From contig BQFW01000008.1 of the NCBI GenBank assembly GCA_020891255.1, forward strand, positions 682,001-746,000: 64,000 nt of DNA. The letters are read 5' to 3'. The stretch's first letter is position 1. Each line of letters opens with the position of its first letter. Made by a program: the position numbers and the translations under genes. Below the pieces are notes generated by a model. That model was not told the DNA's origin. It made no database searches and saw nothing but the letters and a program-made list of their open reading frames with translations. The stretch comes from Entomortierella parvispora E1425. Taxonomy: Eukaryota; Fungi; Mortierellomycota. This document shows positions 37,202 through 49,463 of the stretch, piece after piece.

Positions 37202-37405
37202 ATGTCAGCCTTCAAGAATCTCTTTGGCAAAAAGTCCAACAAGAACAAGACCCCATCCAGTCCTTCAACGGTGCCCCTTACACCCGCAAGCTCCATCCAC
37301 GCAATCCGTGACCGCGACCAAACCGTCCTGTCTCCACAAGAGGTTGCCCATATGATTGCCAAGAAGCATGGCTGCAATTTGTCGACCGCTCCAACGATCC
37401 GATAA
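37202..37405 (+). CDS. Microprotein family, divergent member (67 aa, MSAFKNLFGKK...TVPLTPASSI...LSPQEVAHMIAKK)
   Basis: TATAAA ~130 nt upstream; same motif order as the family. Confidence 0.6.
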   Translation: MSAFKNLFGKKSNKNKTPSSPSTVPLTPASSIHAIRDRDQTVLSPQEVAHMIAKKHGCNLSTAPTIR

Positions 37406-37923
37406 TTATTTTGAGCTCCCTCGCCCCGAAATCGATCGATCTTTTTTTTTTTTCTGATCTGAGCAAGTTGCACGGGCTACAAGCCACGATGTTTTCTCGA
37501 AATTTCTTTGCCTGCGGTCAGGACCAACCCATTATACCCTCCGTCCGAATGGCTGCAAAGAAAACAACGAAGAACAGGACTTTACACCAGTCTTCGAATA
37601 CCAGCGCTTTTCCAATAAAATGCAATTGAGCTTGGTCAAGATGTTGCTCGTTTTTGCGATCTGTGATGCAAGTTTAATGGGTAGTGGGTGATGATACAAT
37701 ACAAATTGTCTGAAGGCAGAAAGGAAAGAGAAGAAAGCGAAAGTAAAAGGGATAAAATAAACTTGCAAATGAATGATACTATGTAGATCTAATGGGAGAG
37801 TGGGGAGAGGGCCTTTCGAGGTAAATAAACGGTATCTATATAGGGACAGGGTAACTACGGAGATGGAGGCCAAAGAGAATGAGAAAAGCCGCAAATAGGA
37901 GGGAAGACCATATAAGCCTAGGT

Positions 37924-40900
37924 CTACCGCTCATGGGTGGCATCCGTCATCTCCTGATCCTCATTGTCATCATCGTCATCATCCCCGTCATCGTCGTTAT
38001 CCTCGCCACCTTCGTTCTCGCCGTCCTTTGAATCGGTGGCCGATCCTGGTGCGGGATTCTGAGCTGCGTTCTTGTTTTGGGTTGTAATTCCTTCTTGTCC
38101 TGGGGAAGTACTCGTGCGCGCACCTCCCGCAGCGGTTACTGTCGCGGGCGAGGTTCCAGCGCCGGATGCCTTTCCGGCCGACTTTTTGGATTTGGAGGAA
38201 GGCTGCGAAGATCCAGAACGGGATCCATTCTTTTTACCTTTGCCTGATCCTCCTCCAGCACCATCATCATCACTATCATCTCCGCCTCCTTTGGTCTGTC
38301 CACCAGGCAAGGTCCTGGCAGCCTCCACAGCCGCAGCACTCAATTCGGTCATTGCAATGGCTCTCTCCACGGCTTCCGATTCCTTGACTGTGGCCATCTT
38401 GACCTCTTCCTGTGGCATGCTCCAAGATTCAATCAGAGTCTTGTCCCCACCCTCCCCAGATTGGATTTGCTTGAAAGGACTGTCCTCGGGCAAGGTAGCG
38501 AACCAGGCCTGCATGGCGTTGGTCATAAAAGCCTGCTGGGCCTTCAGCTGGGCCAACTCCAGATCCCGCTTGGCTACATCGGCCTTGAGATTACAGAGGT
38601 AATCAAACGATTTTTTGAGCAAGAAGACTTTGGAAGGCGACTTCTCCTGGATGTTGGGGATCATTTGACGCAAATCATCAAAGCAGTGCTTGAGAGAGTC
38701 GCGGCGCTTCTGCTCCGCAGCCTTGTGGGATGTCCGACGGAGCTCGATACCAGAATGCAGGTCCGTATTGTACGAAAGTCCAAGGGCACTGTCAACGAGA
38801 AAAGAGGAAACAAATTGATAAAGGGGATTAGCTCGTTAGAAACTGGGTCTGCTTTCCATCCTTTTTCAACACAAGGTGGTATCAACGCCGACGCGAGGAG
38901 GTAGGAGAGACTAGAAACGTACGTGTGGTCGCCATCGAGTATGTTCTGGTAATTGGACTTTGTGGTCAAACGGGCCATGACTTCGTTGGTTGACACTATT
39001 CAAGCAAAAACAAAGAGGGACAATTAACCACTGATTCAAGCAGGATCGCAAACCAGCAACTAGATACAATTGCAAAATGTGTAGATTCTCACCTCCACCC
39101 ATCCAGGGCTTCAAGCTGGGCGAGGCCAGATGGGGCTGTAGCCGGGGAGAGACCAAGAGCTGAGTGCTTCCACGGTGACCTTGAGGCATCAGGGTGGGTT
39201 TAAGTGCAGGAGAGATGAGTGAAAATCCGCTGGCGGGCGGGGGCATCGGGGACATGGTCGATCCGCCTGGCGTGAGGGGGACTTGTCGAGGAGTGGTGGG
39301 CGCCAGGATACCGGAGCCCACAGCAGTATTCCCGTTAGCCTGACGCTTCGTCCCCCGCTTCTGAGTCCCAGTCGAAGAGGACGAAACAGAAGAAGAGGCC
39401 GAGCTGGGCTCTGAATCAACCGCATTCGGAGGGAGAGTGGGCGCTGCTGTTGCCAAATTGGATCCAGGGGCGGCTGCTGACTTTGAGGCCGACGTCGATG
39501 CCTTGGCATGGACGCCAAATTTCGGAGAGGAAGTCGGGGTCGATTCAGACCCAGATCCCGCTCCCAAATTCATCAATGAAGCTGGGGTAACAGGTGCAAG
39601 AGCGGACTTTGGCGACGCTGTAGAAATAGAGGTCGTCGTTGGTCCAGCTAAAGCTGTGGATGAAGGGTCCGATTGGATTGATCCCGTTGTCGCCATCGAC
39701 GCCTCCTGATTGCTGGAAAATCCCTCTATGCTGTTGTTGTTTTCCGACGCAGGCTTGAGAGCTGGCGAGGCCATAACGGGCTGATGGATCGAAAGCTGAT
39801 GCTGACTTTGTGGCTGAACAAGCTGACTTGGTCCAGGGATAAGTTGTCTCGGGGTATTATTGGATTTGCCCTGAGAGGAAGGCAACATCACAGGGGATTG
39901 GGGCGGAGGCATCATGGACGACGCAGGCAGAGCAAAGAGGGCAGGGCTCTTGGGTCCGTTTCGGCTGTTCGGCATGCCCATGGGCGAGGCCGGCATCATC
40001 GACAATTGATGCATGTTTGTAACAAGGCGAGGTGAGGGCGAGGCCTGAGGCAACATTGCCGACTGCGGCTGAGAAGTCGAAATGAGAAGAGGCGAAGGAC
40101 TTGGGCGGTTCGTAGGGAAGTGCATGATCAAGGGCGACGGTGGGGCAATGGATGACGATCTACGATTCGTCTGCTGTTTCCGGAGAGTGGCAGGCGACAT
40201 GGGGCTTGCCATTGGTCTCAATGCGGGCGAGCTCTTGGGAAGAGCTCGAACTGGTCCAATGGCTCGAGGCGAGTTCAAGCCCGTTCCTCTCTCGGCCGTC
40301 TTGTTTCTTTTGATCGGAGGCCGTTGTTGACCGTTGAGGGCAGGAGAGCCTTGGATCTGGAGGAGCTGCTGTTGTTGCTGCTGCTGTTGCTGTTGTTGTT
40401 GTAGCTGTTGCTGCTGCAACATTTCCTGGGTTTGTGCGGGCTGTGTCTGCATCTGCTGCAGTTGGTGCTGAATTTGTTGCTGCTGTGAAGATTGCCCCTG
40501 ATGGAACTGCAATGGCAAGGGAGTGAACGACTGGCCAGAAAAGGAGAGGTAATCGATCGTCGAGGACCTGATCGGCTGCAGAGCTGGAGAGGTCAAGGGC
40601 GAAAAGATCTCATTTGCGGTTGACAGCGCGTGTGGCATATTGGAGAAGGGGTGCGATGGGGTCATTGCTGGGGAGATCAAGGGAGTGAAAAACACCTATT
40701 GCGAGGGCAAGCATACAGGTTTAGGATCGAGTCCTACGGATCTAATGTCTTTCACGCTAAAAAAAAAAAAAGACCTGGCTTACCTCGTCATCGTCAAACT
40801 GATCGGTGATGACCATAGCGGCATCTGAGGTATCGGCTTGGATGCCAAGCGGGGACATGTATTGACTGTAATCCGTGTTGAAGTAGTCGTTATTGTTGGC

Positions 40901-41464
40901 TGGCGTGAGCAATTGCTCTTGTTGAGTTGACTGTTGCTGTTGTTGCTGGAGCTGTTGTTGCTGGAGCTGCTGTTGTTGAAGCTGCTGGTGATGTTGAGTG
41001 TGGAAATGCTGCGTCTTTTGCTGCTGCTGTTGCTGCTGCAACTGCTGCTGTTGTTGCTGCTGTTGTTGTTGCAGAAACAGTTGCTGCTGTTGATGCTGCT
41101 GCTGCAACTGTTGCTGTAATGATTGTCCAACCTTGTCTGGATTTGTCTGGAAAATAGGCGTGGTAGAGGCCGAGGCCAACATATCTGAGGCCATAGAAGT
41201 ATGAAAGTCGAAAGAACTCGAGGTTACTGGATCCTGGTTCATGGGCTCGGTCCCAAATCCGTTGGTTGTGTTGTCCTGGAGCATGAGGTTATGAAGTTCC
41301 TGGTGCTGAGCCTGCTGTTGATTCTGCTGCTGGTTCTGCTGCTGTTGTTGCTGCTGCAGTTGGTGGCGGTTCTGGCCCGTTGCGTCGAACGAGAATTCAT
41401 TCAAAGCAAGGTCCAGTCCGGTCTGATCCAAGCCAACAAAGGAGCCATCAAAGTTGTAGGTCAT
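37924..41464 (-). CDS. bHLH transcription factor, Pho4/NUC-1-like, with polyQ tracts (4 exons)
   Basis: Exons 41464-40784, 40695-39093, 38995-38923, 38788-37924 in phase. Motifs FFTPLISP, FSPLTSPAL, TKSNYQNILDG and basic region RRTSHKAAEQKRRDSLKHCFDDLRQMIP. Confidence 0.85.
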
Positions 41465-43392
41465 CGTGTCTGTATCGTATCTCCTTTGGTGCAGGGGGGT
41501 GTCGACGGGCTGTTGGACAAAGGTCAGGCTCTTTTCAGTCAAATGCCTGTGAACACAAAGAGTCGAATGTGCCTTTCTGGACAGGAGAAAGGGACGAGTT
41601 CCTTCGGTTGGGTGTGGAGTTCCTTCGAGGCAGGCCCTTGTTGATTGAGTCTCGAGCGGGAATAGGAGACCAAAAAGAAAGGGAAAAAAAGGATGAGGGG
41701 ATAAATGTGCGCAATCGATAGAGGGGTGGTCTCTGGATGCACAGTTTGAGGATGCAATCGGACTGATTGTCCAGTGATGAGGCGCCTGTTGACTGGAGGA
41801 GGGAGATGGGATAGCGGCTGTGCTAGGATGGGAATGAAGACAAAGAAGAGAAGAGAAGAGAAGAGAAGAGAAGCGATGCGGAGTGGAGTGTCAGCAAGAG
41901 AGAAGAAAAAGAAAGGGAGACCATACAGACGGACAGAAGAAAATATTTGTCGTGAGGTGCAAGCCCATGTGCAAAATAAGCATTTGAAACCGTCGAACCA
42001 ACCATCTGGCCAGAGCACGACCAGGACCAACCGGGTTTATCTACTATCCGTATCGCATTGCATCGCATCGACCGGATCGTTACTGTATCTACTGTACCTG
42101 TGCAAGAGGAGGATGGCAGTCGATAGGATGTCCTGAGAGTACACCGGTAGATTGTCAACCTGGCGGGATAGGTGTGATGAAGTGCAGATGCAAGAAGGAA
42201 AAAAGAGGAGAAAAGGAAAGAAGAAAGAAAAAATATCTCTCGCGAGTTGTTGCTGCCCATATCCCATTTCGGATCAAATTCAGCGCTGCTCCCTTGCAAA
42301 ATCCTCTTTCTCTCTCCTTGTCCAGATCGCCATGAGCAAAGTTCCTCCTCCGACGCCTGTTCCCCCGCCCAGGGAATCAATTTGGCACTCTCGATCCTTT
42401 GGACAAAATAAGGCAGCAGTTGTTGCTAACTTGGCTCAAAGTTCTCACCAACCCTGCCTCCCTCCCGCACTATTTGTCCACTCACAACTCGATCCGCCCA
42501 CAAATTTATGTTCCCCTCAGTCTATCAACCTTTCACTTTCGCAGTGGAACATTTCCCCGTAGACACAACCTGGCCTCGACAAAGGATCCAGTGCTGATGC
42601 GAGTGATCCACTGTCTTCGATAACGACCCTCTGAGTCTTTCCTTCCCTTCTCCCGCTCGACCACCCCCAGCCAGACCTTTGACTCTCCGGCGCCCTTTTT
42701 TTCACCTTGTCGATGGCCTGTTCGTCTCTCGCTGCTCCTGTCCCCTCCGATCCGCTTTGTGCTTCCACACATCGAACAACACCTCCAACCAATGACCATC
42801 GAGGAATACCCCACATGGAGCAGTCACACTTCTTTTCCTTTTTTTTTTTTTTTGGTCCACTTGCGCGACTCGGTTGGTCTGCCCCAAGAAGTCCACAACT
42901 GAGTGACTGAAGGTGAGAACCCACTTGGTTTTTGACAAAGTGCCGGGCCCCATGTGAGTACTGTACTGTAGCGGTGTTGACCAAAATAACAACATAGCTG
43001 CCGGCGCGTCAATTCCGGGAAAAAAAAGAACCCTAGGCACGGAAGAACCTCATGTCGTTCCTTCCCTCCGAAACAAAGAAACAAGATACTGAAGTCAACG
43101 CCAGCATTATCGCCTCCGCCGCTCTGCAGGGTCATCATTTCAACGCGCTAGTCGTGTCATTTACGCACAACATCGACAACAACCTCAGCACGGACCTAAG
43201 AAAATGAACCAACACACAGAACGACCCTTCTTGCATTCACATCTGAAGATGCTACTTTGTTTCTGAGGATGGAGTGAGGATGAAGTGTTTATTACTCTAT
43301 GCTGTATTGTACAATGGATTCTGCTTTGAAATGAAAGAGGGTATAACAGATGCTAGACGCGTGATGGTCCTTGAAAAGGAAGAGAGTCCCCT

Positions 43393-43590
43393 TTACATGC
43401 GGATGTTGCCATGAAAGATGGTCGAGCTGGTAGCACCGAGAGACTTTTCCATGGCAATCTGGATTGCCTGTTCCCTGGTCATCTTGATGGCCTGAGCTGG
43501 GCGAGGTCCATCAACTGAAGAGCGCGGGGTCTGAGCTGGGGTCGAAGCAGCAGAGGCAGACTGGTTCTTGGAGGACTTGAAGAAAGACAT
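43393..43590 (-). CDS. Microprotein family, type A (65 aa)
   Basis: Family sequence. Confidence 0.85.
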   Translation of the reverse strand: MSFFKSSKNQSASAASTPAQTPRSSVDGPRPAQAIKMTREQAIQIAMEKSLGATSSTIFHGNIRM

Positions 43591-44230
43591 GGTTGTGTTT
43601 GTTTGTGTACTCGGGTGAGGGTTGCTGTTGAGGCGAGTTGTTGTTGCTTGGTTGTTGCTTGCTGGCTTGTTGAGTGAAGAGAAGAGGGATGAGCGAGGAT
43701 GGTCCTTGCATTTATACGAGTGGCCCACGCTTTCTTAATCTCCCAGGGTCTTCCAGAAGAAACGCACCTCCAAGTTGACTTCCATACTTGGCATCCTTGT
43801 GCTTCCCAACCTTGAATTTCCATTTCTTGGCTTTCTCCGCCTCTGCGGCAACGGCCAAGAGGGACAAAGAAGAGTAAACATTTCATCATTGAGAGCAGTG
43901 CGGCAAAAGCGTAAAGCAAAAATTGAGGGACCGATCTGACAAACGATGAGTGAGGCAATTGGACCCGATGGATTGTTCCTGGAAAAGACGAAGAAAACAT
44001 GGCCCTTGCTCCAACGAGGATGCATCCGTGCTGCGGTGCATCAATTGAGCCAAGATTGGGATTGCGGGTCGGAGGAGAGAAAACGTATAAAAGAGATCCT
44101 CACCCCCTGCTCCTTTTTTTTTCCTCACTCACACAACCAAGCAACAACCAAGCAACAACCAAGCAACAACCAAGTAGCAACAACGCGCCTCAACAGCAAC
44201 CCTCACCCAAGAAAACAAACTACTACAACC
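43591..44230. promoter_or_regulatory. Bidirectional spacer class S
   Basis: Homologous to the other S spacers. Confidence 0.7.
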
Positions 44231-44428
44231 ATGTCTTTCTTCAAGTCCTCCAAGAACCAGTCTGCTTCCGCTGCCTCTACCCCAGCTCAGACCCCGCGCT
44301 CTTCAGTTGATGGAGCTCGCCCAGCTCAGGCCACCAAGATGACCAGGGAACAAGCAATCCAGATTGCCATGGAAAAGTCTCTCGGTGCTACTAGCTCGAC
44401 CATCTTCCACGGCAACATCCGCATGTAA
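44231..44428 (+). CDS. Microprotein family, type A (65 aa)
   Basis: Family sequence. Confidence 0.85.
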   Translation: MSFFKSSKNQSASAASTPAQTPRSSVDGARPAQATKMTREQAIQIAMEKSLGATSSTIFHGNIRM

Positions 44429-45021
44429 AGAGGACTCATTTCTCTCCGAGGATCGCCTCACGTCAAGTCCCAAATCATACCCTCTTGCATTCCAACTATC
44501 ATTTTTGTACAATATCATCTTGCATCAGCAATAGCCCTATGTGAATAAAAAAACACATTTGCAATGCCAACTACAAACTAGCCTGTTTTATTTGGAGTAT
44601 GACCTTCCTTCTTCCAACCTTTTGCTATTCCGTGAGTTTTTTCTCCACAAGCACATCACATCCACAATTCAATTGCTGCCTAGAATCTTCATCCGTGACG
44701 TCCTCGTCTCTTCCGTTGGTAACTGCACATTCACAACGGCCGACTTAATCACTAGCGATTGAGACATCTCGACAGTAGAACTATGATACTTGAACAGTAA
44801 TTGTTTTCTACGTGGGACTTGTATGTCTTATCATTGCTTTCCACGTAATGGCTTCCAACACCACATAGGTCATCTGAGACAAAAAAGGTTTGTTTATGAG
44901 ATCAAGTCGCGCTTTTATTGTTCGGTCTTGAAGATGCAGGATATGGTACAGTTGATATTTGATATTAAGAGGTAGATGCAGTATGGAGTATTAAGGTGGG
45001 TGAGTCAACTGGTCATCCAAT

Positions 45022-45210
45022 TTAAAGGTGGATGTTGCCAGACATGGCAATGGGGCCAATGGACTTGCTCACGGCCATCTTGATAGCGTCTTCCTTGGTC
45101 ATCTTGGTGGACTGGGCTGGGCGAGCTGCATCAACTGAGGTGCGAGGGGTCTGAGCTGGGGTCGAGGCAGCAGAGGCGGACTGGTTCTTGGACGACTTGA
45201 AGAAGGACAT
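45022..45210 (-). CDS. Microprotein family, type B (62 aa)
   Basis: Family sequence; mirror of 49275. Confidence 0.85.
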   Translation of the reverse strand: MSFFKSSKNQSASAASTPAQTPRTSVDAARPAQSTKMTKEDAIKMAVSKSIGPIAMSGNIHL

Positions 45211-45959
45211 GGTTATGGTTGTTGGTTGGTTGGGTGGAAGTTCTTGAGAGAGCTTGGTTGCTTGGGAGTTGCTGAGTGATGTTTGTTGTGAGTGAAGAAA
45301 AAAAAACCAGAGAGGAGGGATGAGGGTCTTTATACCTTTGTGTACTCCCGATCCACTGGACTATTCTTGGCGAAGTTGAACTGCCGCGCCACGGGTGATG
45401 CATCCCTCATTTGAGCATGGGCCACGTTCTTCCAGCAGCCTTCTCCAAGGAACGTCGCAGCAGAAAAATCCATCGAAGCAGAGTCGACCAACAACAAATG
45501 CCTCACAGGTCATCTCTCGTCAGATCGGTGCCTGAAATTCATTTCTGCTGCGTGGCTCTCAATGATGAGATGCTTATTTTCCTTTTCCCTTGGCCGTCCG
45601 TTGTGCGACTGATTTGGGCACGAACGTCGACGGGTGCGGGGGCATCCGTGCCGCGCGGACTTTGGAGAGGCGCGCTGCGGCCATCGGCAGGCGGAGTCGG
45701 TGTTTTTTTTAGGGTTGAGTGAAATTCACACGAACCACCCAAGCATGTCATTGATTGGAAAGGAGGCAAAGTGCCTTCGACTGTTTGCTGGAAGGATCCA
45801 TGGCCAAGACGGATTTAGAAGAGGTTGATCCTGTATAAATACAACAACCCTCTCTGCCACCTTTCTCTTTTCTTTACTCACTCAACCAGCCAAGCAACAC
45901 CAAGCAACAAAATCTGCCTCAACAGCAACCTCCACCCACTCACCCAAACAACTACAACC
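45211..45959. promoter_or_regulatory. Bidirectional spacer class L, inverted, with an internal deletion
   Basis: Reverse complement of 48526-49274; ~35-40 bp shorter than the array 1/2 L spacers. Confidence 0.7.
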
Positions 45960-46157
45960 ATGTCTTTCTTCAAGTCTTCCAAGAACCAGTCTGCCTCTGC
46001 TGCCTCCACCCCAGCCCAGACCCCTCGCACCTCAGTCGATGGAGCTCGCCCAGTCCAGCCCACCAAGATGACCAGGGAGCAAGCAGTCCAGATCGCCATG
46101 GAAAAGTCTCTCGGTGCTACCCGCTCGGCCATCTTCCACGGCAACATCCGCATGTAA
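45960..46157 (+). CDS. Microprotein family, type A (65 aa, ends RSAIFHGNIRM)
   Basis: Family sequence; mirror of 48328. Confidence 0.85.
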   Translation: MSFFKSSKNQSASAASTPAQTPRTSVDGARPVQPTKMTREQAVQIAMEKSLGATRSAIFHGNIRM

Positions 46158-46745
46158 AGAGGACTCTCTTCCTCTCCGAGGATGGTCTCACTTCAAGCCC
46201 CTTCATACCCTCTTGCATTTTAATCATCACTTTTGTACAATACCATCTTGCATGAGCAATAGCCTAATGTGAATAAAACAATTCCTGCGTTGCCAACTAC
46301 AAAACCACCCTGTTCGACTGTTGATATGATCCTCGACCTCTCTCTTGCTTTTCTATGAGCTCTTATCCGAGAGCATGCCGCATCCTTCCTTCAGTTGCTG
46401 GGGATGTTTTCATCAGCGGCTGTCCAAGCATCCTCCCTTTGCAATACAAGTACATGCGTCACGACCAAGTTGAAAAGGGCGCTTCAGAGGTCTTGCTAGC
46501 GGCGATGATATACTGAATGAGCAATTGCTTCGTACGCGATGTTCAAGTACTTTTGACAGCGCTCAACGTTGTTATAATAATAAAGACCACCTGGATTGCA
46601 TGTTCGTTCATCGGGAGAAAGGTTTTGTGTGTGATCAAGACGCGATTTTATTGTTTGGTCATGAAGATGCAAGATATGGTACAATGGATATTATGAGATA
46701 GATGCAAGAAGGGTATGAAAGGAGTGAGTCAATTCGCGGTCCGAT

Positions 46746-46937
46746 TTAAAGGTGGATGTTGCCAGACATGGCAATGGGGCCAATAGACTTGCTCACTGCC
46801 ATCTTGATGGCTTCTTCCTTGGTCATCTTGATCTTTTGTGCACCGGTACGAGAGGCATCCATGGAGGAGCGGGGAGTCTGAGCTGGGGTAGAGGCAGCGG
46901 AAGCAGACTGGTTCTTGGAGGACTTGAAGAAGGACAT
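46746..46937 (-). CDS. Microprotein family, type C (63 aa, SMDASRTGAQKIKMTK...GNIHL)
   Basis: Family sequence; mirror of 47548. Confidence 0.85.
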   Translation of the reverse strand: MSFFKSSKNQSASAASTPAQTPRSSMDASRTGAQKIKMTKEEAIKMAVSKSIGPIAMSGNIHL

Positions 46938-47547
46938 GGTCGTGGATGTGTGTTTGCTTGGGTGAGGGTTGCTGCTGAGGCGAGTTGTTGTTACTTGGCT
47001 GTGTGAGTGAGGAAAAAAAAGGAGCAGGGGGTGAGGATCTCTTTTATACCTTTTCTCTCCTCCGACCCGCAATCCCAATCTTGGCTCAATTGATGCACCG
47101 CAGCACGGATGCATCCTCGTTGGAGCAAGGGCCATGTTTTCTTCGTCTTTTCCAGGAACGATCCATCGGGTCCAAATGCCTCACTCATCATTTGTCAGGT
47201 CCCTTAATTTTTGCTTTTCGCTTTTTGCCGCGCTGCTCTCAATGATGAAATGTTTACTCTTTGGCGTCTTTTGTCCCTCTTGGCCGTTGCCGCAGAGGCG
47301 GAGAAAGCCAAGAAATAGAAATTCAAGGTTGGGACGCACAAGGATGCCAAGTATGGAAGTCAACATGGAAGTGCGTTTCTTCCGGAAGACCCTGGGAGAT
47401 TAAGAAAGCGTGGGCCACTCGTATAAATGCAAGGACCATCCTCGCTCATCCCTCTTCTCTTCACTCAACAAGCCAGCAAGCAACAACCAAGCAACAACAA
47501 CTCGCCTCAACAGCAGCCCTCACCCAAGCACACAAACAAACACAACC
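46938..47547. promoter_or_regulatory. Bidirectional spacer class S (inverted), forming the loop of the array 3 palindrome
   Basis: Asymmetric S spacer between two identical genes. Confidence 0.7.
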
Positions 47548-47739
47548 ATGTCTTTCTTCAAGTCCTCCAAGAACCAGTCTGCTTCCGCTGCCTCTACCCC
47601 AGCTCAGACTCCCCGCTCCTCCATGGATGCCTCTCGTACTGGTGCACAAAAGATCAAGATGACCAAGGAAGAAGCCATCAAGATGGCAGTGAGCAAGTCT
47701 ATTGGCCCCATTGCCATGTCTGGCAACATCCACCTTTAA
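47548..47739 (+). CDS. Microprotein family, type C (63 aa)
   Basis: Family sequence. Confidence 0.85.
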   Translation: MSFFKSSKNQSASAASTPAQTPRSSMDASRTGAQKIKMTKEEAIKMAVSKSIGPIAMSGNIHL

Positions 47740-48327
47740 ATCGGACCGCGAATTGACTCACTCCTTTCATACCCTTCTTGCATCTATCTCATAATATCCA
47801 TTGTACCATATCTTGCATCTTCATGACCAAACAATAAAATCGCGTCTTGATCACACACAAAACCTTTCTCCCGATGAACGAACATGCAATCCAGGTGGTC
47901 TTTATTATTATAACAACGTTGAGCGCTGTCAAAAGTACTTGAACATCGCGTACGAAGCAATTGCTCATTCAGTATATCATCGCCGCTAGCAAGACCTCTG
48001 AAGCGCCCTTTTCAACTTGGTCGTGACGCATGTACTTGTATTGCAAAGGGAGGATGCTTGGACAGCCGCTGATGAAAACATCCCCAGCAACTGAAGGAAG
48101 GATGCGGCATGCTCTCGGATAAGAGCTCATAGAAAAGCAAGAGAGAGGTCGAGGATCATATCAACAGTCGAACAGGGTGGTTTTGTAGTTGGCAACGCAG
48201 GAATTGTTTTATTCACATTAGGCTATTGCTCATGCAAGATGGTATTGTACAAAAGTGATGATTAAAATGCAAGAGGGTATGAAGGGGCTTGAAGTGAGAC
48301 CATCCTCGGAGAGGAAGAGAGTCCTCT

Positions 48328-48525
48328 TTACATGCGGATGTTGCCGTGGAAGATGGCCGAGCGGGTAGCACCGAGAGACTTTTCCATGGCGATCTGGACT
48401 GCTTGCTCCCTGGTCATCTTGGTGGGCTGGACTGGGCGAGCTCCATCGACTGAGGTGCGAGGGGTCTGGGCTGGGGTGGAGGCAGCAGAGGCAGACTGGT
48501 TCTTGGAAGACTTGAAGAAAGACAT
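48328..48525 (-). CDS. Microprotein family, type A (65 aa)
   Basis: Family sequence. Confidence 0.85.
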   Translation of the reverse strand: MSFFKSSKNQSASAASTPAQTPRTSVDGARPVQPTKMTREQAVQIAMEKSLGATRSAIFHGNIRM

Positions 48526-49274
48526 GGTTGTAGTTGTTTGGGTGAGTGGGTGGAGGTTGCTGTTGAGGCAGATTTTGTTGCTTGGTGTTGCTTGGCTGGT
48601 TGAGTGAGTAAAGAAAAGAGAAAGGTGGCAGAGAGGGTTGTTGTATTTATACAGGATCAACCTCTTCTAAATCCGTCTTGGCCATGGATCCTTCCAGCAA
48701 ACAGTCGAAGGCACTTTGCCTCCTTTCCAATCAATGACATGCTTGGGTGGTTCGTGTGAATTTCACTCAACCCTAAAAAAAACACCGACTCCGCCTGCCG
48801 ATGGCCGCAGCGCGCCTCTCCAAAGTCCGCGCGGCACGGATGCCCCCGCACCCGTCGACGTTCGTGCCCAAATCAGTCGCACAACGGACGGCCAAGGGAA
48901 AAGGAAAATAAGCATCTCATCATTGAGAGCCACGCAGCAGAAATGAATTTCAGGCACCGATCTGACGAGAGATGACCTGTGAGGCATTTGTTGTTGGTCG
49001 ACTCTGCTTCGATGGATTTTTCTGCTGCGACGTTCCTTGGAGAAGGCTGCTGGAAGAACGTGGCCCATGCTCAAATGAGGGATGCATCACCCGTGGCGCG
49101 GCAGTTCAACTTCGCCAAGAATAGTCCAGTGGATCGGGAGTACACAAAGGTATAAAGACCCTCATCCCTCCTCTCTGGTTTTTTTTTCTTCACTCACAAC
49201 AAACATCACTCAGCAACTCCCAAGCAACCAAGCTCTCTCAAGAACTTCCACCCAACCAACCAACAACCATAACC
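48526..49274. promoter_or_regulatory. Bidirectional spacer class L
   Basis: Mirror of 45211-45959. Confidence 0.7.
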
Positions 49275-49463
49275 ATGTCCTTCTTCAAGTCGTCCAAGAA
49301 CCAGTCCGCCTCTGCTGCCTCGACCCCAGCTCAGACCCCTCGCACCTCAGTTGATGCAGCTCGCCCAGCCCGGTCCACCAAGATGACCAAGGAAGACGCT
49401 ATCAAGATGGCCGTGAGCAAGTCCATTGGCCCCATTGCCATGTCTGGCAACATCCACCTTTAA
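49275..49463 (+). CDS. Microprotein family, type B (62 aa)
   Basis: Family sequence. Confidence 0.85.
   Translation: MSFFKSSKNQSASAASTPAQTPRTSVDAARPARSTKMTKEDAIKMAVSKSIGPIAMSGNIHL

Noticed and set aside
41500-43000. Multiple short ORFs upstream of the bHLH gene
   Set aside because: GA/CT-rich leader and promoter sequence with no coding signature.
43052-43207. 51-aa ORF MSFLPSETKK... as another family member
   Set aside because: Only the first residues resemble the family; it has no TPxxTPR ladder, no helix motif and no clear TATA box.
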